A program made the translations under genes and the position numbers. A model generated the notes under the pieces. It made no database searches. It had not been told where the DNA came from and saw only the letters and a program-made list of their open reading frames with translations. Positions 56,339-64,000 of a DNA stretch of 64,000 nt are shown piece by piece. Numbering within the stretch: position 1 is the stretch's first letter; each line of letters starts with the position of its first letter. The stretch spans positions 128,001 through 192,000 of the forward strand of contig CBDCSU010000004.1 in NCBI GenBank assembly GCA_965221775.1. The letters are read 5' to 3'. This DNA is from Candidatus Latescibacterota bacterium. GTDB taxonomy: Bacteria; Latescibacterota; UBA2968; UBA8231.

Positions 56339-57205
56339 ATGCAGCTGACAAAGGACCAGATCGAGTTCTATCGCGAGAGGGGTTACCTCGGCGTCGAGGG
56401 CGTGTTCTCGGCGGCCGAGGTCGCCGAGTTGCAGCGGGTGACCGACGAGTTCGTGGAGAAGTCGCGCAGCGTCACCGAGCACGACGACATCTTCGACCTC
56501 GAGCCCGACCACACCCCGGAGTTTCCCAAGCTGCGGCGCCTGAAGACTCCCGCCAGGCAGCACGTGGTCTACGACCGCGCCCTGCGCAACGACCGCGTCC
56601 TCGACATCGTCAGCCAGCTCGTCGGCACCGAGGCCGTGCGCGGCCACGGCAACAAGCTCAACATCAAGGCCGCCGACTTCGGCAGCCCCGTGGAGTGGCA
56701 CCAGGACTGGGCCTTCTACCCCCACACCAACGACGACATGCTGGCCGTGGGCGTCTGCATCGACGAGATGACCGAGGCCAACGGCTGCCTCCTCATCATC
56801 CCCGGCTCGCACAAGGGGCCCGTCCTCGACCACCACCTGGACGGCCGCTTCGCCGGCGCCGTCACCGAGCCCGGCTTCGACGACTCCACGGCCGAGAAGG
56901 TGGAGCTGCCCGCCGGCGGCATCTCCCTGCACCACGTGCGCGTCCTCCACGGCTCGCTGCCCAACCGCTCGCCGAACCCGCGCCGCCTGCTGCTCTTCGA
57001 GTACGCCGCCGGCGACGCCTGGCCGCTCAGGGGCTCGGACTGGGACGGCTTCTGCGACTCCTTCGTCCGCGGCGAGCCCTCCAACGAGCCCCGCCTGGAG
57101 CCCGTCCCGGTGCGGCTGGCCCTGCCGGTGGCGCTCCGGGGCGGCTCGATCTACGAGAACCAGAGCGTCCTCAGGGGCACGACCTTCAAGTCCGCCGGGG
57201 GCTGA
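56339..57205 (+). CDS. PhyH family dioxygenase
   Basis: FYRERGYL, WHQD, NGCL.IIPGSH, LHGS..N.S...RR. Confidence 0.92.
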   Translation: MQLTKDQIEFYRERGYLGVEGVFSAAEVAELQRVTDEFVEKSRSVTEHDDIFDLEPDHTPEFPKLRRLKTPARQHVVYDRALRNDRVLDIVSQLVGTEAVRGHGNKLNIKAADFGSPVEWHQDWAFYPHTNDDMLAVGVCIDEMTEANGCLLIIPGSHKGPVLDHHLDGRFAGAVTEPGFDDSTAEKVELPAGGISLHHVRVLHGSLPNRSPNPRRLLLFEYAAGDAWPLRGSDWDGFCDSFVRGEPSNEPRLEPVPVRLALPVALRGGSIYENQSVLRGTTFKSAGG

Positions 57206-57209
57206 TCCC

Positions 57210-58205
57210 GTGGCCGGCCACCCCATCGACCGCATCGAACCGGGCCTGAAGATCGCCGCCCAGGTGACTCCCGAGCCGACGCCGGAGGACCTGGACTTCG
57301 TGCGCCGCATGGGCGTGGAGCACGTCGTCTGCTGGACCGATGCCGCCCACTCCAGCTACGACTACTACGCCAGCCGCCGCGACCTCTTCGGCGAGGCCGG
57401 TATCCAGGTCTACGGCTTCGGCAACGGCGACGTCCACAACCAGGACGCCATCGTCCTCGGGCTGGCCGGCCGCGACGCCAAGATCGAGCAGTACAAGCGG
57501 CACATCACCGACCTCGGCCGCGCCGGCATCCCGTACACGACCTATGCCCACATGGGCAACGGCATCTGGAGCACGGAGCGCGAGACCACCCGCGGCGGCG
57601 CCCCGGCCCGCGGCTTCGACCTGGAGCGCGCCGAGGCGGGCCACTGGGGCGGGCGGAGGTACCCCTTGCCCCTGACTCACGGCCGCGAGTTCTCCGAGAA
57701 GGAGATGTGGTCCCACTTCGAGCACTGGGCGCGGGAGGTGCGGCCCGTGGCGGAGGAAGCCGGGGTGCTCATCGGCATCCACCCCGACGACCCACCGGTG
57801 CCCGATCTCGGCGGCGTGCCGCGGTGCATCTTCTCCAGCTTCGACGGCTACCAGAAGGCGATGGAGATCGCCGACAGCCCCAACATCGGCATCTGCTTCT
57901 GCATGGGGAGGGACGTGCTCTCCGCCATCGAGCACTTCGGCGGGCGGCAGATCTTCAAGGTCCACTTCCGCAACGTCGACCGGCCCCTGCCGCACTTCGT
58001 GGAGACCTTCGTCGACGACGGCTGCCAGGACATGTACGTGGTGATGAAGGCCCTGGAGCGGGCCGGCTTCCGCGGCGTCCTGATCCCCGACCACATCCCG
58101 GAGATGGCCGACGACCCGCGGGTGGGCACGGCCTGGACGATCGCCTACATGAAGGCGTTGAAGAAGCGCGCCGAGGAGGAAGTCGCCCTGGAGAGGGCGA
58201 ACTGA
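57210..58205 (+). CDS. Mannonate dehydratase (UxuA)-like protein
   Basis: IHPDDPP, VHFRNV, ETFVDDG, IPDH.P, AYMKAL. Confidence 0.8.
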   Translation: MAGHPIDRIEPGLKIAAQVTPEPTPEDLDFVRRMGVEHVVCWTDAAHSSYDYYASRRDLFGEAGIQVYGFGNGDVHNQDAIVLGLAGRDAKIEQYKRHITDLGRAGIPYTTYAHMGNGIWSTERETTRGGAPARGFDLERAEAGHWGGRRYPLPLTHGREFSEKEMWSHFEHWAREVRPVAEEAGVLIGIHPDDPPVPDLGGVPRCIFSSFDGYQKAMEIADSPNIGICFCMGRDVLSAIEHFGGRQIFKVHFRNVDRPLPHFVETFVDDGCQDMYVVMKALERAGFRGVLIPDHIPEMADDPRVGTAWTIAYMKALKKRAEEEVALERAN

Positions 58206-59026
58206 TGGGCACCGTCGACTCCCTGCGGGACCAGGTCCTCGACCGGGGCTTCTGCACTCTCGAAGACGTCATCCCCGCCGGCCGCGTCGGCACGGTCCGC
58301 GACGATGTGCTGCGGGCGGCGGCCTCCCACAACCGGGCCGACGCCCCGGCCAACCGCGGCGCCGTCTCCGGGCTGATCAACCACACCCAGGAGTTCGCGC
58401 CCTACCTGGCCGACCCGCGGCTGACGGGCCTGACCGAGGCCCTGCTGGGCCGGCCGGTGCGCGTCTCCTTCACCTCCACCATCATCAGCTACCCGGGGGC
58501 CGAGCGCCTGCAGTGGCACGCCGACTGGCCCTTCAACCAGAACAACGCCGGCCACATCCCGGCGCCCTACCTCGACGCCGTCGTCCACCTCACCTCGATC
58601 TGGATGCTCAGCGACTTCACCGTCGCCAACGGCGCCACCCTCATCGTGCCGGGCAGCCACCGCGAGCCGAACAACCCCACCGGCGGCAACGGCGTGCCCA
58701 TGTTCGAGCCGCACGCGGACGAGATCCACGTGGAGGGCAAGGCGGGGACGGTGATGGTCATGGACAGCCGCATGTGGCACGCCACCCCGGCCAACGACAG
58801 CGGCCAGATCCGCGTGGGGCTGGCGATCCGCTGGGCCCCGTGGTGGCTGAACCTCGACGTGCTGATGCCGGCCTCGGACGACCGCGCCCGCCAGCTGGAG
58901 GAGACGGGGGGCAAGGAGAACCAGGTGCCCCTGGTGGAGCCGGAGGTCTTCGCGGCCCTGCCGGCGGACGTGCAGCCCCTGTTCCGGCACTGGCTCCGCG
59001 GCGGCGGCAACTGGCCCGGGGCCTGA
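58205..59026 (+). CDS. PhyH family dioxygenase
   Basis: WHAD, NGAT.IVPGSH, MWHA. TGATG coupling with the upstream gene. Confidence 0.9.
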   Translation: MGTVDSLRDQVLDRGFCTLEDVIPAGRVGTVRDDVLRAAASHNRADAPANRGAVSGLINHTQEFAPYLADPRLTGLTEALLGRPVRVSFTSTIISYPGAERLQWHADWPFNQNNAGHIPAPYLDAVVHLTSIWMLSDFTVANGATLIVPGSHREPNNPTGGNGVPMFEPHADEIHVEGKAGTVMVMDSRMWHATPANDSGQIRVGLAIRWAPWWLNLDVLMPASDDRARQLEETGGKENQVPLVEPEVFAALPADVQPLFRHWLRGGGNWPGA

Positions 59027-59219
59027 GTCCGGCCGCAGCCGCCCCAGCCCTCACCCGACGGCCTTCGGGGCGTCCGCTCCACCTGCCCTTCAGGCAGGAC
59101 CATGCCGCCTTGGGCCGGAGAAGCCCGAGGGTGTGGGCATCTCCTTGATGCGGCGAGGCGGTCCCTCCTCAACGGATGCGCGCCAAGTGACGGCCGGACC
59201 TTCCGCCGGAGCGCCCAGA

Positions 59220-59666
59220 CTACTCCGAGATCTCCTTCTCCATTCGTGCGGTCTGCAGGTGCTGTTCGATATTCACGACGATCTCTGCGGCGGTGTTCTT
59301 CTTCGTCACCGTCTCCAGCAGTCTGTTGTCCCGCGCATCGATGAGCAGGACCAGGCCGGTCTTGTTGTTGGCCTTCAAGTGCTCCTCCACCCCCAGGGCG
59401 GCCGCCAGGAGCCGGGCCTGGGCCGTCCGGGTCGAGTCGGTGACGTCCAGCTGCACGAAGAGGACGGGCTCGTCGGCGACCGCGGCCTGGACTTCCTTCA
59501 GGATGGGCACCAAGGTCTGGCAGGAGCCGCACCAGTCGGCGTGGACCTTGGCCACGTACAGGTCCGGGCCGCCTTCGCCTTCCACCGGGACCGCGGCGGC
59601 GAGGGTGGGGGCCGGGGCCAGCAGGAAGGCCAGGGCGGCGACGGCGAAGACGCATCGGGTCAGCAT
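59220..59666 (-). CDS. Exported thioredoxin-like protein
   Basis: Signal peptide followed by HADWCGSC (CxxC). Confidence 0.8.
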   Translation of the reverse strand: MLTRCVFAVAALAFLLAPAPTLAAAVPVEGEGGPDLYVAKVHADWCGSCQTLVPILKEVQAAVADEPVLFVQLDVTDSTRTAQARLLAAALGVEEHLKANNKTGLVLLIDARDNRLLETVTKKNTAAEIVVNIEQHLQTARMEKEISE

Positions 59667-59760
59667 GCAGATGTCCCTTCGAAATGAGGTTGGCGGGAGT
59701 CGGGAAGATCGCAGGTCCGTTGAAGGACGTCCGGCCTCGCCGGGGAGTTCCTCGCCCGTG

Positions 59761-60741
59761 CTAGCGCTTGACCACCGGGGCCATGGCCGCGATGTGCTCC
59801 GGCCCCGAGGCGCAGCAACCGCCGATGATCTGCGCCCCCATCTCCTTCCAGCGGCCGGCGAACTCGGCCATGCGCGAGGGGTAGTAGTCGGCGTTCTGCA
59901 GGATGTCGACGCCGGCGCTCGGCTTCTGGTTGGTCAGCATCGGCCGGTCGGCGAGGGGCCCGGTGGGGTTGTAGCCGAGGTTGGGGTAGGCCCCCACCGG
60001 ACCTGAGAAGGCTCGCCGCAGGATCGGCAGGCCGGCGGAGATGCTCTCGGGGTTGCTGCACATGAGCAGGACGGCGTCGACGGGATGTCCCTCGAGGGCG
60101 GCGGCCAGGTCGCCGAAGCTCTCGCCGTACTGCATGGCGCCGTCCTCCTGGATGTGGCGGACCCCGAGAAAGACCGGGAGTCCCGCCTCGCCGCAGGCGT
60201 CGACGGCGGCGACGCAGTCTTCGACGAAGCCCACGTACTCCGCCAGGATCAGGTCCGCCCCCTCGCCGGCCAGGAGCCTGGCGTGGTCGGCCCACTCTCG
60301 GCGGTACGGCTCCAGGCCCATGACGCGGATGTCCGATGAGGGGACATCCGCCGGCATCGGCCACTGGAGACAGGGCGCGGCGATCCCGCCGGCCACGTAT
60401 CCCGAGCCGCCCATGGAGTCGCGGGCCTCGACGGCGTTGCGGACCGCCGCCGCGGCGTAGGTCCGCCAGGCGCGGCTCTCGCCGATGGTGCCGAGACGGG
60501 ACGGCGTCGTCCAGAAGTTGTTGCTGGTGATGATGTCGGCGCCGACCCGCAGGTAGTCGGAGTGCACCTGGCGGACCACGTCGGCGTACTCCACGTTGGC
60601 CGTAGCCGACCACGCCTTGAGCCGGTTCCCGGCTTCCTTGAGCACATCGGCGCCGCGGCGCTGCAACTCCGAGCCGGTGCCGCCGTCGAGCAGCAGCATC
60701 TCGCCCCGGCCCAGGGGCTCATTGATTCTCCGAGGAGCCAT
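59761..60741 (-). CDS. Homocysteine S-methyltransferase family protein
   Basis: LLDGGTGSEL..RG, H.DYL..GADIITSN, LMC, GAYPN, IIGGCC. Start reassigned to ATG 60741. Confidence 0.9.
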   Translation of the reverse strand: MAPRRINEPLGRGEMLLLDGGTGSELQRRGADVLKEAGNRLKAWSATANVEYADVVRQVHSDYLRVGADIITSNNFWTTPSRLGTIGESRAWRTYAAAAVRNAVEARDSMGGSGYVAGGIAAPCLQWPMPADVPSSDIRVMGLEPYRREWADHARLLAGEGADLILAEYVGFVEDCVAAVDACGEAGLPVFLGVRHIQEDGAMQYGESFGDLAAALEGHPVDAVLLMCSNPESISAGLPILRRAFSGPVGAYPNLGYNPTGPLADRPMLTNQKPSAGVDILQNADYYPSRMAEFAGRWKEMGAQIIGGCCASGPEHIAAMAPVVKR

Positions 60742-60775
60742 CGGGTCTGCCTCCGGTGCTCGGTGAACGTACCAT

Positions 60776-63250
60776 CTACTCCAGGTGAACGAGACGCCGT
60801 GTCTGGCGCCCGCCAGGGTAGCGCAGGGCGGCGAGGTAGACCCCGGCCGCCAGCGCCCGGCCCGATTCGTCCCGGGCATCCCAGTGGACGCGGTGCCATC
60901 CGGAGGCCTGGACCTGGTCGACCAGGGTGCGCACGACCTGACCGAGAAGGTTGTGGACCTCCAGGCGCACCGGACCGGCCTCGGTCAGACGGTAGGGGAT
61001 GGAGGTGCCGGCGTTGAAGGGGTTGGGGAAGGAGGGGTCGAGGCCGCTGGCCGCGGGCCCCGCCGGGGCCGCGGCCGGTTTGGCGGCGGCGAGGGATTCG
61101 ACGGTATCCAGGCGGACGGTGCCGCTCATGGCGAAATACAGCACGTGACGCCGGTGGGGGTTGAGGGGTATGCTGTGCCAGCGCCCCGCTACCTGCCCGT
61201 CGGGGGTGCGGGCGCGGGCCTGATAGAGACCGGTGACGCCGGGGGGAGAGAGGGAGGTCATGGTGAGCAGCAGGCTCCCGTCCCTGTCGGTGCGGCCGCT
61301 CCAGACGTAGTCGGGGCGGCGGCCGGAGATGGCGCGAGAGAACTCGAGGGTGAGGCCGGGGTCGGCGTCGCCGTGGAGAGTGGCCAGTATCGTTGCGGTA
61401 TCGTGGCAGGGAGGCAGTTGGTCGACCCATGGGGCCAGGGGCCTGGGCACGCATCCGGAGAGCCGAAGGCCCTGGACACGCAGGTCCTGCAGCCGCGTGA
61501 GCCAGACCAGTTCCGGGGGGAATCGGCCCGCCAGGCCGGTCTCGTGGAGGAAGAGGAGCCGCAGCTGGGCCAGCTTGCCCAGCTCGCGCGGAATCGGGCC
61601 GGTCAGGGCGTTGCCGGAGAGAAGCAGTTCCCGGAGCCGGGTCAAGTGGCCCAGACCGGGCGGGATGGACCCGGTCAGGCGGTTGTCGTGCAGCCACAAC
61701 AGCTCCAGGTGCTCCAGTTGGTCGAGGGGGGGGATTTCTCCCGTCAGGGCGTTGCCCGAAAGGAGCAGCACACTCAACTGGCTCAGCAGCCCCAGTTCGG
61801 GCGGGATCGGTCCGGTGAGCTGGTTGTCGTGCAGCAGCAGGTACGCGAGCCGGCTCGGTCCCCCCAACTCGGGCGGGACCGGACCGCTCAGGCCGTTGCC
61901 GTGGAGTCCAAGACTCCGCAGCTCTGTCAGTCCGCCCAACTCGGGGGGAATCGTCCCGGTCAGGTGGTTGCCCGAGAGGAGCAGCTCGCGGAGGTCCGTC
62001 AGGTCGCTCAACTGAGGGGGGATCGTTCCTGTCAGCTGGTTGTCCTGGAGCCACAGGAACTGCAGGTTGGCGAGCCGGCCGATCTCCGCAGGGATCGGCC
62101 CCGTCAAGCCGTTGCCATGGAGCAGCAACAAGCCGAGCGAGGTCAGTTGGCCGAGCTCGGGTGGGATCGGCCCCGTCAACTGGTTCCCGGACAGGACCAA
62201 CTCCACGAGCTCGGGCATCTGACCGAGTTCCGCGGGGATGCGCCCGGTCAGGGCATTGGAGCTGAGATCCAACTTCTGCAGGTTCGTCAGGCGGGCCAGG
62301 TCCGGAGGTATCCCTCCGGTCAACCGATTGGAGTGGAGGCCCAGCTCGCGCAGGCTGGCCAGCTGCGCCAGCTGGGAGGGAACGGGTCCCGTCAACTCGT
62401 TGTCGGACAGCAGCAGCCAGTTCAACTTGGCCAGCAGGGCCAGCTCGGTCGGAATCAACCCCGTCAATCCGTTGGCCTGAAGGGCCAACAGCTCCAACTC
62501 CGCCAGTCGGCTCAGCCGGGGTGGAATGGCGCCCGTCAACCCGTTGTCGTGGAGATACAGGGCCGTCAGGTTGGACAACTCACTCAGTTCGGGGGGAATC
62601 GACCCTGTCAGTTCGTTGCCGCGGAGGTTGAGCACCCTCAGCTCCCGCAGTTGTCCCAGCTCGGGGGGGATGGCACCCGTCAAGCCGTTGCCGTGGAGAT
62701 ACAACCCCTGAAGGTTGGCCAAGCCGCTCAGCTCGGGGGGGATCGGACCCGCAAGCTCGTTGTGGGACAGCGCCAGCCACCGCAGGCCCGCGATCTGCCC
62801 TATCTCGGGCGGGATCGGCCCCGTCAGCTCGTTCTGGAAGATGTAGAGTGTTTCCAGGTTGGTCAGTTGTCCGAGCTGTGGGGGCAGCGTGCCCGACAGC
62901 CTCATGCCCGCCAGGACCAGCCGCCGGACGTGGGTGTGATCGACCCAGACCCCCCTCCATCTGGTAATCGGCCTCTCCGGCGACCAGTTCAGGAAAGCGT
63001 CCCCGGCCAGCTCGTCGCGGAGCCCGAGGAGCACCTCGCAGTCGGCCACCAGCAAGGCGTGGTCTTCCGGCTCGGGCACGACAATGCCGTTGGTGCACGG
63101 GTTCGGGAGCGGGTCTTCCCCGGCCGCCATCCGTCCTGGCCATCCGGCCGCGCAAGCGATGAGAAGCGCCACGGCTGGCCGGACGAAGCGAGCCCGGGGA
63201 CGGATGTGAGGCTCGCGGTCCGTCCCGGCCGGCGAAGTACTGCATTCCAT
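60776..63250 (-). CDS. Secreted plant-type LRR protein with C-terminal 'PNPFN' (FlgD/T9SS-type-A-like) domain
   Basis: Signal-like segment, LRRNT-like cap (DC..LL.LRD...LNW...W.GV), about 21 24-aa LxxLxLxxNxLtGxIP repeats, and a C-terminal FPNPFN...NLLGQ.VRTLV. Confidence 0.92.
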   Translation of the reverse strand: MECSTSPAGTDREPHIRPRARFVRPAVALLIACAAGWPGRMAAGEDPLPNPCTNGIVVPEPEDHALLVADCEVLLGLRDELAGDAFLNWSPERPITRWRGVWVDHTHVRRLVLAGMRLSGTLPPQLGQLTNLETLYIFQNELTGPIPPEIGQIAGLRWLALSHNELAGPIPPELSGLANLQGLYLHGNGLTGAIPPELGQLRELRVLNLRGNELTGSIPPELSELSNLTALYLHDNGLTGAIPPRLSRLAELELLALQANGLTGLIPTELALLAKLNWLLLSDNELTGPVPSQLAQLASLRELGLHSNRLTGGIPPDLARLTNLQKLDLSSNALTGRIPAELGQMPELVELVLSGNQLTGPIPPELGQLTSLGLLLLHGNGLTGPIPAEIGRLANLQFLWLQDNQLTGTIPPQLSDLTDLRELLLSGNHLTGTIPPELGGLTELRSLGLHGNGLSGPVPPELGGPSRLAYLLLHDNQLTGPIPPELGLLSQLSVLLLSGNALTGEIPPLDQLEHLELLWLHDNRLTGSIPPGLGHLTRLRELLLSGNALTGPIPRELGKLAQLRLLFLHETGLAGRFPPELVWLTRLQDLRVQGLRLSGCVPRPLAPWVDQLPPCHDTATILATLHGDADPGLTLEFSRAISGRRPDYVWSGRTDRDGSLLLTMTSLSPPGVTGLYQARARTPDGQVAGRWHSIPLNPHRRHVLYFAMSGTVRLDTVESLAAAKPAAAPAGPAASGLDPSFPNPFNAGTSIPYRLTEAGPVRLEVHNLLGQVVRTLVDQVQASGWHRVHWDARDESGRALAAGVYLAALRYPGGRQTRRLVHLE

Positions 63251-63336
63251 GATCTGTTCCAGAGATGGCCGCCAGGATGGTCGTCCGCTTAGATTCGGCC
63301 CATGTCAGCCTCGACCGTCAAGGGAGATCCTAGTCC

Positions 63337-64000
63337 ATGCGCGACTACGAAGCCAACGCCGTCCTGTCGACGAAGGAGTACCGCGTCGTGGGGCGCCGTC
63401 CGGTGCGCCACGACGGCACCGACAAGGTGACGGGCAAGGCGCGCTACGGCGCCGACATGGTCCTGCCGCGGATGCTCCACGGCCGGATCCTGCGCTCGCC
63501 TCACGCCCACGCCCGCCTCGAGTCCCTCGACACGAGCCGCGCCGAGGCCGCCCCCGGAGTGAAGGCGGTGATCACGGCCCGGGACTTCCCGGAACCGGGT
63601 GAGCCGCCCGGCTCCTTCCAGCTGCTCAACCTGATGGCCCGGGACAAGGTGCTCTACAAAGGGCACGCCGTCGCCGCCGTCGCCGCCGCCAGTCCCCACG
63701 AGGCCGAAGAGGCCCTCGACCTGATCGACGTGAGATACACGCCGCTCCCGGCGGTCTTCGACGCGCCGCAGGCCATGGCCGATGGCGCCCCCCTGCTCCA
63801 CGAGGACCTGCAGGAGGCCATCGACCCGGACAGCCTCGACCTGGAGACCTGGCCCCCCAACGTGGGCAACCATCTCGAGAGCGAGATCGGCGACGTTGAC
63901 GAGGGTTTCCGCCGGGCCGAGGTGATCGTGGAGAAGAGCACCACCACGAAGGCCGTGCACCAGGGATACATCGAGCCCCACGCGGGCACCGCCATGTGGC
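63337..64000 (+). CDS. Xanthine dehydrogenase/CoxL-family molybdopterin-binding subunit, partial
   Basis: Not in the ORF track. Hand translation: VVG..PVRHDG.DKVTGKARYGAD..LP.MLHG.ILRSPHAHA...DKVLYKGHAVAAVAA...HQGYIEPH. Confidence 0.9.
   Translation, partial: MRDYEANAVLSTKEYRVVGRRPVRHDGTDKVTGKARYGADMVLPRMLHGRILRSPHAHARLESLDTSRAEAAPGVKAVITARDFPEPGEPPGSFQLLNLMARDKVLYKGHAVAAVAAASPHEAEEALDLIDVRYTPLPAVFDAPQAMADGAPLLHEDLQEAIDPDSLDLETWPPNVGNHLESEIGDVDEGFRRAEVIVEKSTTTKAVHQGYIEPHAGTAMW

Noticed and set aside
61450-62900. 72-bp periodic repeats as a possible CRISPR array or DGR
   Set aside because: They are degenerate in-frame LRR codons with no identical repeat-spacer structure, and no cas or reverse transcriptase gene is present.

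Overview
A gene-dense, very GC-rich bacterial window with about 56 CDSs. I found no tRNA, rRNA, CRISPR array, integrase or transposase. The gene content fits a marine host-associated bacterium, probably a sponge symbiont of the Latescibacterota/Gemmatimonadota/Poribacteria type (inference). That content includes six PhyH-type Fe(II)/2OG dioxygenases, four amidohydrolases, four SDRs, two DUF6785/6784-like polytopic membrane proteins, a sialidase, and secreted WD40 and plant-type LRR proteins that share one C-terminal 'PNPFN' domain. The segment at about 12.4-23.1 kb is compositionally different and carries hicBA and orphan genes. Most of the long ORFs in the supplied track are GC-rich shadow frames, so starts were reassigned by hand. 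Main highlights: (1) an unannotated ~160-nt four-hairpin small RNA with its own sigma70-like promoter and intrinsic terminator (54779-54974); (2) an animal-type alkyl-DHAP synthase followed by a DHRS7B/PexRAP-like reductase, a candidate eukaryote-style ether-lipid module; (3) an amidohydrolase pair plus Rieske ferredoxin that may be a dimetal oxygenase; (4) an E1alpha/E1beta cluster whose E2 has no catalytic domain; (5) a DUF6785-like membrane protein next to a membrane-anchored solute-binding protein with no ABC ATPase; (6) an M28/DUF4910-AAC(3) fusion. All family assignments come from motif recognition by eye, not database searches.
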